Source: Catajapyx aquilonaris (lineage: Eukaryota). Taken from it: 64,000 nt of DNA. Below the pieces are notes generated by a model that did no database searches, had not been told where the DNA came from, and was given only the letters and a program-made list of their open reading frames with translations. The position numbers and the translations under genes were made by a program. The stretch spans positions 1-64,000 of the forward strand of contig JYFJ02001304.1 of the NCBI GenBank assembly GCA_000934665.2. The letters run 5' to 3'. Below are positions 25,995 to 39,580 of the stretch, in pieces (position 1 is the first letter of the stretch; each line of letters opens with the position of its first letter).

Positions 25995-28900
25995 ATGTCG
26001 CCTCTTGCGACGTGCTGCGTCGCTTCTTGCCCGAACAGCAGCGTCGGATTGGAACTGGGAGCCTCAAGAAGCACGGGCGTCTCTTACTTCCCGTTCCCGA
26101 GGGATCCGAGACTCCAGCTGATTTGGATGCACGCAGTCGTCATGCCCAAAGTGTCGCACGTCTGCTCCAGCCATTTCCAGGAGCGCGATTTGTATTGGTT
26201 CAGTTTGAATCCGGACGCTGGCTCGGCTCCGATGGGTCTCAACCGAAACGCTGTGCCGCTTCTGAATTTGTCTGGAGGTACGTGTTTGAGCTCCTACACG
26301 AAGAGTCGCATTTAAAGCAACGCTCTATGTCGACAGGATTAGTTACGGCTCCACAACCACAGCCATCAACAGAACCCAGCCAAAATCTGCCGCAGCCAGG
26401 TACTTCATGCTCACATGAACTGTAAGCATTTGACAACGTATTTTTAGTGTTGCATGCGGAGAAAAGTGTCGCAGCGGCAGCCGAAACAATTAGAGTCTTC
26501 AACAACGCATCTCTCCCGATGAGAGTGGAAAGAAGGGTTGTCCAGTTGTCGTCAGATGCGAATGACGCAGCCATGAATCAAGTTTGGATTCCTGAATCGG
26601 GGTCGAAGAAGATTGTAGTGAACATCAGGTGAGGAGATTTTGTACAGGGTATTACGACATTTGTACGACATTTGTACGACATCCGTACGATATCAACATC
26701 CATGCAACATCTCGTACGACATCCATACAACATCTCGTATGACATCCAGTGCAACATCTCATGTGACATCCATACAACATGCCGTATGACATACAACATA
26801 ATGTACGACATCTGTGCAACATCTCGTACGACATCCACACGACGTCCACACGACATTTGCACAATATCTCATATGACATTCATATGACATGCATACAATA
26901 TCTCGTACGACATCTGTACGACATCCGTACGACATCCGTGCAACATCTCGTATGACATCCATACAGCATCTCGTACGACATCTCGTATGACATTCGTATG
27001 ACATCCGCGCAACATCTCGTATGACATTCGTATGACATCACATACGACATCTGCACAACATCACATACAACATCTGCGCAACATCTCATATGACATTCGT
27101 ACCACATTCATACAACATCTCGTATGACATTCACACAACATCTCGTACGACATTCGTACATTCAAGAGTCAATATGAATTAATATCAATAGCACTTGCAC
27201 ACCTTCAACTTAATTAACTTGACGATGCATTTTCTAGTAGTCAAGAGAAGAACCCTTTGGATGACGACAATCAGTTCGCTGCAGTACCGGAGGACATGAA
27301 GCCACCGTTAGAATGTTTACCTGCGCAGTGTGATCCGAAACATAACGTTGCGCCATCAGGCAGCTTAATCTCAAAAAGCAATCTCATGAAGCCCAGAGCG
27401 CAAGGTAATTTAGCGTATTCTTATGTCGCAATCAGTACAGAGGTTTTGCGAAACAAATGGATTTACTTCAGTTTTTATCCACAGGGATGAAAGCAGAGGA
27501 GGCTTCCACGTCACAAGATTTATCACGGCCAGCTGCAAATGTGGCTGTCACGTCACCAATTTCTCATCACCCGAGCCAGAAGCCACAAATGGTTACGGAC
27601 GCACATGCACTGTACGTCTCATCAATAATTGCAGCTGTATGTCAGCTACGAACACTGCTTCAATCACTATTATTGCAGAAAGACCATCCCGCACATACAT
27701 TTGCAAACAAGCAACGGAAGCACGAAGGCAGTCGCATTGCGAAGTCGGATAGTTCTAGACTCATCTGTCGCTCTCGGGAAGGACATCCACCTAAATCAAC
27801 TTGCATTAAGTATGTCTGAACTTTCGGATATATTTGATCTTGAAAATAATCAGATAAATTCATTACAGGGATACGGAGAGATACGTCCGGAGATCCCGGA
27901 GCTTCAACAACCGCTGAAGTGGCTGCTGAATCTTCCAGCAGTTTAACGAGTGGTAATGCAAGTTCAACGTGTGAAATCCAGCGGAAGGTGACCAAAAAAG
28001 TCGCCCCCATCTTACCAAAGCCGATTGTACAAAATGTGCCTACATCTGCAGGTTAATTTACATTTACGAAAAAATAATTTAGAAATATGCTTTATTTGCA
28101 AACAAATGCAAATAAGACGCGAAGTCCAATTGTTGAAATACCATTGCAGATATGCAGCCAGTGGCGGTGCATGATAATTATTCCGGAGTACCCGAAATGT
28201 CCGCAAGTGCACCTGGCGTACATCAAACAGCTGTTGGTGACCCTAGTAACGATCAAGTCTCCAATCAGAATTTGGTTTCAGCACCACTGCTGACGTACAT
28301 AATGTAAGTGAATTTCGTAACATTTTGTAATTCAGCATGGACGTAGTTTCTTACAGAAAAAAATATTTGCTCCTGTATATTCCTAAAGACTGCATTTCTT
28401 GCAGGTTGATAAATCCCGCCTCTGTACCTGCGAACTTCATAGCAACAACAGGAGCGTCCTCTCTGACGATGAACCAAGCAACTCAACAACAGTCGGAACA
28501 ACAGTCAGTAGGACATGAAGGCCAACAGCTGCATACTACCTCACTTCACTCGCAACACTCACCTTCAAACGATGCACATCCGGACGCTTGGAACTCGAGT
28601 AAATGTATACCGCAACATGTCGCAGACGGCAATGAAACGGCAAATGTGTCACAAAACGAGAGTCAGAAGAAGTTCGAGTGTGACGCATGTGGGCATAAGT
28701 TCGAGGCGTTGGAATCCTTGCGAAGACATGAAGCAAAGTGGTGTCCGTGTGTCTATGAAAATGTGTGTGTGACGTGTGAGAAAGTGTATGCCCGCAAAAG
28801 TTGTCTGAACAGACACTGCCTGATGCACCATGGCGGGAGATCACAAGTGTGTCGCGTATGTGGCGGGACTTACGCTACCCGCTCGCAGTTGAACATCCAC

Positions 28901-29449
28901 TTGAAAACCCACTCTGAGGACAGACACTACTTGTGCGAGACATGCGGAAAGTCTTTCAAATTCCAGTCGACCTTAAATCATCACAGGACTTTCGTTCATT
29001 CAGATTCCGATGGAAAGGAGTGCGTCTGCAACATATGCAGCAAGTCATTCAAATGCAGGATGTCCCTTCAGAGTCACCAGCGGCGTCACAATAGATCAAA
29101 ATCTCACCAATGCGACGTATGCGGGAACGTGTACCCTGACGCAACTGGTTTGAGCCGTCATAAGAGGTTGCACGGCGGGGAGAAGCTGCACAAGTGCGTG
29201 ATCTGCGGAAAGGCATTTCACGAGAAGCGGGTGCTGCGGAACCACATTTTGACTCACACGGGCGAGCAGCCGCACCAGTGTAAAGTGTGCGGCAGGAGGT
29301 TCTCCCAACACTCAAGCATGACCACTCATCAGAAGACGCACACGGGAGAGAAACCGCACCAGTGTGGCACGTGCGGAAGGAGGTTCTCCTTGAAATCTAT
29401 CTTAAAGAACCACTTGAAGGTGCATAAAGCAGAGCAACGCAACAGCTGA
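25995..29449 (+). CDS. THAP-C2H2 zinc-finger gene 2
   Basis: THAP exon 25995-26277, then 26337-26399, 26448-26628, ~27241-27404, further small exons (uncertain), and terminal finger exon ~28404-29449 (C2HC + 8 C2H2). Confidence 0.8.
26650..27160. repeat. Degenerate ~11-bp-unit tandem repeat (CAACATCTCGTACGACATC-like), intronic
   Basis: Many CGACAT/CAACAT units; resembles subterminal repeats of CACTA-type elements. Confidence 0.85.
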
Positions 29450-29771
29450 ACCATATCACGCTTGATCCCTATGTAATATCATGTGACGTCGATCTGTGAT
29501 GTTCGCAGTTCGGAAAACGAAAAAGTCAAAAACGAAGTCATCGTTTCCCCGTTTCCACCAAGATGCAACAATTAGGAGTATTATGTTGACTCCTATTGTT
29601 GCAATCTCCGTGGAAACCACGGGAAGACAAAACGATCGCCCCTTTCGTTTTCCGCACTTTATTTTATTTCTTAATTAATGCCAATTGTCTAGTACCCAAT
29701 AAACATTATTTAAAAACGCCGTTCGCATTCATTAATTTTGTTACGTTTGCTATTGTCAGCGAGTTGACTTG

Positions 29772-29772
<1 letters not shown>

Positions 29773-29836
<64 letters not shown>

Positions 29837-29949
29837 CATTATTATTATTATTATTCATCGCTGACTACCCCTGAATGATGATGATGATGATTTGTGATGA
29901 TTACTTTTACTATTATTATTATTACTTTTACTACTACTACTACTACTAC

Positions 29950-29997
<48 letters not shown>

Positions 29998-30003
29998 TAC
30001 TAT
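29773..30003. repeat. (TTA)n/(CTA)n/(TGA)n microsatellites
   Basis: Direct reading. Confidence 0.95.
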
Positions 30004-30328
30004 AGCTACAAGTGGAAGCTGCTAGGCTACTTTCAGCTTCAAGATGTCGATAAGATTATTATCTTTAAAAAAAAAATCATAAAAATGGATTCAGCTTCAC
30101 AAAAGATGTTGCTCTGGACCAGATGATAGAAAACCCATCGTTTATTGGACCCTGGAGCAGGATCTGGAACTGTTGGTCGGCAGCTGGAGAACGGCTGGAG
30201 AAAGGTTGAGAGACTGCGGAATGGGCAATGGAACGTTCCAGTTTTTGTTTCTCTTTGGTATTATTAATATTCATATATTTTTTTAAATATGTTTGCAGCC
30301 AGTTTATTGGGTTGTTAATATGCTGGAA

Positions 30329-32122
30329 ATGGTGTCCTGCTGCGTTGCGTCCTGTCCCAACAGCATTTCCAACGTGGGACGCACAGATGCGCGCACGACG
30401 ACTTACTTCGAGTTCCCGGACGATCCGCTGCTTCAAGCCCTTTGGATGCGGGCCATTCTGAAGCCCAGGGTGTCCCACGTATGCGCAACACATTTCGTCA
30501 GCTCGGATGTGGTTCATCCGCCGGAAGGGCCTGGTCGGCTATTGAAGAAGGATGCGATTCCTCGACTTAACCTAACTCCGCCAGGTAACGTATGACGAAG
30601 CGTAGAAGGGGGAAAAAAAATTTGGGCATATTCCCACCCTTATTATATGTCTGTAAATACGGCTGTAAAAAGATACATTTCTGTTTTAAAAAAATATGGT
30701 CTCGTTGCAGCATTTCCGTTGAATGACAGTTCCGAAATGTCTTCAACGAAAGACGCAAATCTGCCGAATCAACCTTGGATGTCAAGCGAGCCTAATGATG
30801 TTTCCGATCAACGCGTCCAACACGGCGTAGAGGATTTCAAGCCAGCAATTCCATGTCACGTTTGGGTGCCAGAAGTATCGTCTGATAATTTCAACGCAGA
30901 GAGCAGGTGGGCAGAATAAGTCACACATTCAATGCAATTAATGTGTACTCGCTTTTTACGCAGTCATGCAGCGAACACTGGGGATGAACTCCACTGGTCC
31001 GACGTTCACCCTGGCGTAAAGCCGGAATTACACTGTGCCTTGACATCTGAAAACGCGCTAATTACACCATCGCAGGCGCTGGATCTAACAATTCCAGCAG
31101 AGCAGCACGATCCGCAACTGTCAGCAGAAGCATTCAGCTCATCAAACGACATACCTGAGCCGGACAAAACACGTAAACTATGCGAACAAGCATCTAACAA
31201 TTCGACACATGAGTCGCTTCCGGGAGAAAAACCGCGGTTTTCATGCAGTCATTGCGGTTCGAGTTTGTCGAGCGAAAAGATTTTGAAGAATCACGTACGA
31301 CGGCTGCACAAAGGACAAGTGTTGAAATGCGGGAGGTGCAAGAAGATATTTAAGACCGAAGAACGATTAACGTACCATGAGGTTAACTTGTGTCCCAAGT
31401 TGCAGTTATACGAGTGCGAGATCTGCGGGAAGACATGTACGACCAAGCCTTCGTTAACGGCTCATCGTAAATTGCATTCTGACGAAAGGCCGTTTGTATG
31501 CAGCACATGCGGAAAAGGTTTTGCGACGAAAGTGTCTCTGAACTTGCACCAGGAACGTGTCCACACGGTTGAAAAAGCATTTATGTGCGACATATGCGGA
31601 ACGGCCTTCAAGACGAAAGCAACGCTCAGTAACCATTTCCCGACCCACAGCGAAGAGAGACCGTTTGCATGCGAAACATGCGGTAAGCGATACCGCCAGA
31701 AGGCGACATTGTCAACGCATCTTCTAAGCCACAAAGAGATTCAGAGAGAAAAATCGCATGTGTGCGACATTTGCGGCAACACCTACTCTACGAACGGGAA
31801 GCTGGCTGAGCATCATCGCAGGATCCATATCCGTGAGAAGCGGCACACGTGTATGGTGTGCAATAAAGCGTTTCACGACAAAGGCGTGCTGATAAACCAC
31901 ATTCGCACCCACACTGGCGAGCAGCCTTACGAGTGTAAGACATGCGGAAGGCGGTTCAGCCAGAGCGCGGCCATGAGAACCCATCAGAAGGTCCACACTG
32001 GAGAAAAACCTCACAAGTGTGACATATGCGGTAGAGGATTTGCCTTGAAAGCGACTTTCATTAAACACCACAAACAAGTCCACGCAATAAGGAATGACGA
32101 TTGGCGATGTAAGAAGAACTAA
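30329..32122 (+). CDS. THAP-C2H2 zinc-finger gene 3
   Basis: Exons 30329-30584, 30711-30906, 30964-32122 in frame. THAP MVSCCVASC..YFEFP..WMRAILKP..HVCATHF..AIPRLNL. About 10 fingers. Confidence 0.9.
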
Positions 32123-32529
32123 CGGCGAAATATATTTTGCCAGACGCCAATTTAATAAAAATGGTTCTTCCACATTTAAAGAGTGTGTCGTCATTATTGA
32201 AACAGCAATAAGCTAACATGCTGTGTTCCCACATATGATTAAAATAATCCCTTTCCTGTTTTCCTCCGCAAAGTAAACGTATATCAAATCCTTCATGTGA
32301 AGTTCGTTTATTAATTATTCCTATAATGCTAATCATCGACACTTTGGACAGCAAACCGACCTAAGTTATTTGCACTGAAGGAAGCGCATCACTTGGCCGG
32401 ACATGAAGGGTTTGCTTAACTATTGTACATTAACCATATTAATAATGTAATATAATAATGACAATAATGACAACAATAAAAACCATAATTGGCCAATGAA
32501 ATTATGAAGGGACATACAGTAAATAATCA

Positions 32530-33190
32530 GTCATGATATAATGAATAATTATCATGAATAATGATATATAAGAATGAATAATGATCATGAATATAATGAT
32601 AATTATATACTGAATAATGATCATGAATATAATGATAATTATATACTGAATAATGATTATGAATATAATCAAGAGCTCTTGATATAATGAATAATTATCA
32701 TGAATAATGATATATAAGAATGAATAATGATCATGAATATAATGATAATTATAAACTGAATAATGATCATGAATATAATGATAATTATATACTGAATAAT
32801 GATCATGAATATAATGATAATTATACACTGAATAATGATCATGAATATAATGATAATTATATACTGGATAATGATCATGAATATAATGATATATAATGAA
32901 TAATTATCATGGATATAATGATATACCGGTATAATGAATAATGATCATGAATATAATGATATATAATGAATAATTATCGTGGATATAATGATATAGAATG
33001 AATAATCATCGTGGATATAATGATATATAATGAATCATTATCGTGGATATAATGATATATAATGAATAATGATAATGAGTATAATGATATATAATGAGTA
33101 ATGATATATAATGAATAATGATAATGAGTATAATGATATATAATGAGTAATGATATATAATGAATAATGATCATAATAATGATTTATAAT
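32530..33190. repeat. AT-rich minisatellite (~36-bp unit TGAATAATGATCATGAATATAATGATAATTATATAC and variants)
   Basis: Direct reading. Confidence 0.9.
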
Positions 33191-33731
33191 AATCAGTCAT
33201 GAATGGGCATATTTTCCTGTTTTGACTGTACCACCTTCTGGCTATTGCTCAAAATTTATGTTTGCCTGTACATATTTTTCTGCTCGGTAGAATTTGCAGA
33301 ACGAATTTTTTTCTTGTTCTTCCGAAGCTTTTCCAGGTTAAATTCTGCCTAAATTTTAAGTCATTTTTACGAATTTAACGAAGCCAAGGACGACCAAACA
33401 CTTGATTAATATATAAATACTGTACCAGGAGTAATAAGAAGCCGTGTACATGTCATATACACCGCAGTTGAACTAATTGAAACCAATTTGCATGATTCCA
33501 TATCAGCCAAAAATTGTGCAAATTTTAATTTTAAATCAATTATTTACCCCTCCCCAGGAAGCGCACACAGGTACGGAGTAATAATAATTGATGCGGTTAA
33601 TGCTGTTTATTAACACGAGCAATGTCGCTTAATTTCAGTGTAACAATAATATGCATTAAGTAGACTTCTAATTAGTACGATAAAAGTGCTGAACGTAAAG
33701 TATGTGCGAACCGGTAAGCGAAGAGGCGGGA

Positions 33732-35271
33732 ATGGATTCGCAGTCTTCGTCCGCAGACCGGAAGCGCAAAGGACGGCAGCAAAAGGTATGTCGCTCCCAG
33801 GAGCCGAATGGAGCGTACAATAGCACCGCTGGACGTGCAGCTTAAATAATTATATTAATTTCCCTTTTTTTTAAATGCACAATTTGTGTCCGATCATCTA
33901 CAGGAGCAGGGACGTCCGCCGTCGACACTCGTTGAGAGCGGAACAATTAAGCAAGAAGTGGATTCGGATGATTCGTTAGGTGTCGTTAAGTCAACCAAAG
34001 CGAGCGACACTTCCGTGGAGCAAGTCTGGATGCCTGCCGCATCTAATCTGAAGCTGGAAGCCGAGTAAGCGAATGTGTTCATTAAACCGGATGAACACAT
34101 GTTCAGCCGGCTTAATTTAAAAAATCGGACATCACTTTATCTCTCAGCACTGAGAGAAAAAAGTGACGTCAGATGAAGTCATAACAGGTTGTAATTTTTA
34201 AAAAAATTAAATGAACAATATGAATGTATTTAATACTTTTAAAGGGATGACAGTTCGTGTCCTAAGACGCCGGAACAGCCGGAGGATGGCCAGATCTTAG
34301 GGCCGTCGACCAGCTCGTCGTCTGGTAACGATCAACTTGAATGTCCCGTCGCATACAGCCAAGCACCAAGTACGCCCCAGAAACTGATTTTCCGCATGAA
34401 AAACGTGCAATCAAGAAACGATGGTCCGTTTACGTGCGACTATTGCGGGAAGGAGTTTACAAAGAGGCTGTACTTATCGAAGCACACGTTTCGGAAACAC
34501 AGCGAGGTTAAGTTTAAGTGCGAAAAGTGCGAACGGGCCTTCAAAACGGAGCAGGGACTATTGACGCACAAGGCTGTGTGTGCTTTAGAAGAGCACAGAT
34601 GCGATACGTGCGGTAAAGTGTTCAGAAGCAAAGACTGTTTGACCGTACATTGCAAGCGGCATACCGGAGAAGCCAGATTTGCATGCGACATATGCGGTAG
34701 GGCGTTTTTTCAAAGCTCCGGGTTGGTATGCCACAGGCGGACTCATACCGGAGAGCTGCCGTTCATGTGCGAGACATGCGGAAAGCGGTTCAACAGCAAA
34801 GGCGCTCTCACCCTCCATGGCTACACGCACACCGGGGAAAGACCCTACTCATGCAACATGTGCGGGAACCGATTTGCGAACGGTTCAGCCCTTTCCAAGC
34901 ACCGCAGCACACATTCGGATGAGAAGCCATACCAGTGCCAAACTTGCGGGAAATCATTTCGCAACAACGACCAGCTAGGAAAGCACAGACGAATTCATAC
35001 GGGAGAGAAGCCGCACGTGTGTACGGTTTGCAGCCGAGGATTCATAACCAAGACGGTGCTGACGACCCACATGCGTACGCACACTGGGGAGCAGCCTTAC
35101 GAGTGCGTCACATGCGGGAGGAAGTTCAGCACAAGAGCGGCTTTCAACACGCATCAGAAGGTGCACACTGGGGAGAAGCCGTACGAGTGCACCGCATGCG
35201 GGAAGAGGTTCGCTTTGAAGCCGCACTTGAAAAAGCATAAATGTATTTACATATCGAGTGGGCCATTATAA
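33732..35271 (+). CDS. C2H2 zinc-finger gene 4 (paralog of genes 1-3 without THAP)
   Basis: Exons 33732-33785, 33904-34064, 34245-35271 in frame. EQVWMP linker motif; ~10 fingers; same terminal fingers (TGEQPY..., FALK) as genes 1-3. Confidence 0.85.
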
Positions 35272-36308
35272 ACTTTATTATTCTTTCAAATCAAATTTCT
35301 TGGCTAGATTGTCTTTCCAAACAAACGCTTATTATTGTACTTATACCTACATGTACAATAATTATTGCCTGGATGTCGCTTGGACAATTTTTGGCTAATT
35401 GATATTAAAATTATCCGGTGCTAGAATAACAGACATTACCAATAAGTGATGTACCGCCAGTTTATTTTGTGATTGTTCATGTTGGTTACGTATTGTTTCA
35501 ATGCTACGAGTAATGAGATTGAACTATTACAAAATAATTTTTTTTTGCGCATTGCATAGTTTATGGTAGGCAAATAAATGCGTCTCTAATTGTTATTGTA
35601 ATTACTGCTGTTGCATTACTTGATTACATTTTTAGGTATTACAGGATCATCTCATGGTGTGACCAACTGTTAATATTTGATATATAATATTAATTAAATT
35701 ATGAATTATTAATTAATTGTTTATTCTACATATAATAATAGCCTTGTTACGTTAATAATAATAATAATAATGACCGAATACATAATAATAGTGACCGAAT
35801 AAATAATAATTAATAATGACCGAATAAATAATAATTAATAATAATCATGCTACCGAATAAATAATTATTATTAATAATAATGCTACCTAAATATAAACCA
35901 AATAAATAATAATAAATAAATAAATGATAATTATGTAATATTAATTTCGGTCAATTTCTGACGTAGCACCAAATTTTGTACAGGTTGTACCAAAAGTGAG
36001 CCATGAATATGCCTGCAGTGCGCATGTGCTGTTCAACACTGCAACGCTATTGGCTGAAGTACACGAAACTCGCCTTCTGATTGGCCAACAATTTTCAAAT
36101 CAATACATTCCAACCGCTGCCAACTAGCACGTGTAAACCTCAATTTTAGCCCTGCCTGTACATATCATTTCGAACCTATCTGCAACTAACATAATAATCT
36201 CATTTTGCTGTTCGAAAGTCAATTAATTCGTTAATTAGCCAATTAATTCGGTAATTAGTTGATTAATTAGGAGTTGCTGCACCTCAACAAGCTACTGGCA
36301 AACACAAA

Positions 36309-37236
36309 ATGAGTCGCACATCGGAGAGAAACGTGTCTTTAGATGATGACGCGGTGAACATCAGGTAGATAATTAATTAGCAGCCTTAATTTAATTAATT
36401 AACACATTAATTATGTTCATATCCGTTTCAGGATGACAATTGGTGACAAGCAATTGGCTAATCTCTGCGATGAGATCCTGCCCGACAATTACGGTTCAAC
36501 CGTAATGACGAGACTCTCGGATGATGAAGATCATACGCAATCCTTTGGAAATGAGCATATGTTGTCGCCGCAGAAAAAAAATGTTGCGTTACACAAGTGC
36601 TGGATATGCGATAAAGCGTACTCTTCAAAAGCGATGTTGGCGCGACATCGCAAGATGCACGTCGGATCGAAACCCTTTACATGTAAGATATGCGGAAGGA
36701 CGTTCGCTTCGGCCTACAAGCGAAACGATCACGAGTGGACTCACTTCATGAAAAGGCCGTTAAAAGCACAACAGTCGGCACAGAGTAAGCCCGTCTGCGG
36801 CTACTGCGGGAAAACATTCAGCAGGAAAAGCTCGTGGGCCGTACACCTCAGAATCCACATGGGCGTAAGGAACTTCAAGTGCGACTACTGCGGAAAGCGG
36901 TTTGTCACAAGCGTCGCGATGAGACGCCATCGAATGACTCACACGGGTGAGAAGCCTTACCTTTGCTCCACGTGCGGATTGCGTTTCCGTGCAAGCGAGG
37001 CCCTCAAAGTACATGCTGTGAGGCACCACATGGAGAGAGGACCCTACAAATGCCAGGCATGCGGGAAGAGGTTCCGCTACCTGAAGCTGTTGGGGCTACA
37101 TGCGTGTCCCAACGTTGCCGCGGAGAGGCCATTTAAATGCGGCGAATGCGGAAGGCGGTTCAGGCTGCAGTCAAATTTAAATAGACACGAGTTGGCTCGT
37201 CATTCAAGTGGAAATGGTAATAGGGAAGGAAGTTAA
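36309..37236 (+). CDS. C2H2 zinc-finger gene 5 (no THAP seen)
   Basis: Exons 36309-36364 and 36432-37236 with a phase-2 junction (VNIR). About 7 fingers. Confidence 0.8.
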
Positions 37237-37920
37237 ATGCAGGATTTGTTAACGGCTAATTTTTTTATTAACCATTTCATGTACAGGATTTATTATCGGC
37301 TTCACACACTATACCCAGCAGGTAGCACATCGATATCCGTGGGACATCACCTGCGGATGTCTCCCAGATATCAGATTCAGGCATCTTGTGGACATCCATT
37401 AGATATCCCATGGAACGTAATATGGATGTCCCCTGGATGTCGAGTCGGACCGATATTAATTAATTATATCGTGCAGGATTTATTAACGGCTAAAAATATT
37501 TATTAATGAATATTTCTTTCGCAGGTTTTATTATTGGCTAACGATATTAATTAATTATTTCATTCGCAGGTTTTATTATTGGCTAACGATATTAATTAAT
37601 TATTTCATGTGCAGGATTTATTATTGGCTAACGATATTTATTTATTAATATTTCACGTACAGGATTTATTAACGGCTAAAAATATTAATTAATTAATATT
37701 TCTTTCGCAGGTTTTATTATTGGCTAACGATATTAATTAATTATTTCATGCGCAGGATTTATTATCGGCTCACTATATTTATTAATTAACTATTTCATGT
37801 GCAGGACTTATTAATGGCTAACGATATTTATTAATCAATTATATCATGTGCAGGATTTATTATCGGCTAACCATATTAATTAATTAATTATTTCATGCGA
37901 AGGATTTATTATATCGGCCA
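37237..37920. repeat. ~50-bp AT-rich minisatellite (GCAGGATTTATTATTGGCTAACGATATTAATTAATTATTTCAT) interrupted at 37301-37452
   Basis: Direct reading. Confidence 0.9.
37301..37452 (+). mobile_element. Isolated MITE arm, an inverted copy of ~39442-39593
   Basis: CCCAGCAGGTAGCACATCGATATCCG... matches the reverse complement of the right arm of the MITE at 39309-39580, plus 12 bp of its flank. Confidence 0.85.
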
Positions 37921-38201
37921 AAGAAATAAAGGTGAACAGTTGACTGAAAACATTTTCAGTGATTTGATCATTTTTTTGCTGTTGCATCGCATTTTCTGTT
38001 TATTAATTAATGAAGGACTAATTGTGATTGCATTCTTCTGCAGGAACGGTATTTGGAAAAAACCGTAGCGGAAGAACCGGATCAAAACCGGACGTGCCGA
38101 CGTCACAGGAAAATATATGTGAAAAGTGCGTACAATGATTACTCGTAATCAACCATTTTAAAAATCTTGTAAATTCACCAATTTGCTAATATACATTTCA
38201 G

Positions 38202-39069
38202 GGCTATTAACTCTACAAATGTTGCTTCAGTGTTGTCCTCGGAAGGAACTGGAATTTTGCCTGGTAAACTGAACACGGACAATGGGCTAAATAAGTGCAC
38301 AGTTTGTGCGGAAACCTTTCCTTCAAAGAGAGGAATGTCCATCCACATGCGGAGTCACAATCAAGGCCAGTTGTGCGAGATGTGCGGAGTGAAATGTCCA
38401 AGTTTAGGCCAGTTGTCCCAACACATGTCCGTGCACTGCAAAGAGCCGGATGATCACTCGCAAATACGTAAAGTCGAGGAGGAGCACCGCAACGCAATGC
38501 CGCAAGAAAATGGAAATGCAAGCAAGCCGAAGAAGCCCATGTTTGCGTGCAAATATTGCGAAGACACATTTTTCAGCAATCAATCCTTGCAGATGCACAT
38601 GCGTGTGCACCGGAACACTACCACACGTAAGAGGGCATTGTCTTGCAAAAAATGTGGCGACGAGTTTGCAAATACGGACGTCCTCTCAAAGCACATGCTG
38701 TTCGTTCACACTGGTACGGTTTACCCTTGCGAAATGTGCCCGGAGGAATTTTTGACAAGGCAAGACTTGGAGTTCCACGTGAAGAAGAAATGCGCTGCGA
38801 CTGAAAAACTGTTCAAGTGTCACATTTGCGACAAGGAATACAGTCGCCAGGCTTCGCTGACCAAGCACCTGGGCGCACACACTGACAATCCGCATAGATG
38901 CGAGATATGCGGAAAGGCGTTCAGTCTGAAGCAATATCTGGTGAAGCATATGGCAAGACACAGCGACAAGAGGCCGCACGCTTGTGGGACATGCGGAAAG
39001 GCTTTTAAGGACAAGCAAACTCTTGCAAGTCACCGGTGGACGCACTTGCCACGAGTCAAGTGGACGTGA
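38202..39069 (+). CDS. C2H2 zinc-finger gene 6, terminal exon (5' exons unresolved)
   Basis: Acceptor TTTCAG at 38201; ~8 fingers; possible upstream exon near 38044. Confidence 0.75.
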
Positions 39070-39308
39070 ACATTGCCACAAGGAATATTCTGATACATAT
39101 ACCTACAAGGAGCGGATAGATGTCTCCCAGATATCACATTCCGGCATCTTGTGGACATCCATTAGATATCCAAGGGGCGTTATATGGATGTCATGTGTTC
39201 ATATACAATCCCAGGCAACACACCAGGTCCAAAGGACGTCCTGAGGCCGTCCTGCAAGTCCAGTATTGGTCTTGGTCATTATTTGGACATCCTTTGGACG
39301 TCCGTATA

Positions 39309-39580
39309 CCCAGCAGGTAGCACATCGATATCCGTAGGACATCACCTGCGGATGTCTCCCAGATATCAGATTCAAGCATCTTGTGGACATCCATTAGATA
39401 TCCATGGAACGTAATATGGATGTCCCCTTGCGCAAGTCATACCGGTCCGACTTGATATCCAGGGGACATCCATATTACGTTCCATGGATATCCAATGGAT
39501 GTCCACAAGATGCCTGAATCTGATATCTGGGAGACATCCGCAGGTGATGTCCTACGGATATCGATGTGCTACCTGCTGGG
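39309..39580. mobile_element. MITE with ~120-bp TIRs, CCCAG termini, TA flanks (CACTA/CMC-like non-autonomous)
   Basis: TA|CCCAGCAGGTAGCACATCGATATCCG...CGGATATCGATGTGCTACCTGCTGGG|TA. A partial related copy lies at ~39113-39190. Confidence 0.85.

Noticed and set aside
18928..33174. Poly-Ile/Leu/Tyr and MIIIQY-repeat ORFs (18928, 29596, 29875, 32502-33174)
   Set aside because: Translations of microsatellites and minisatellites.
34148..34187. Small extra exon in gene 4
   Set aside because: Has a stop in the required frame; direct splicing from 34064 to 34245 is in frame.
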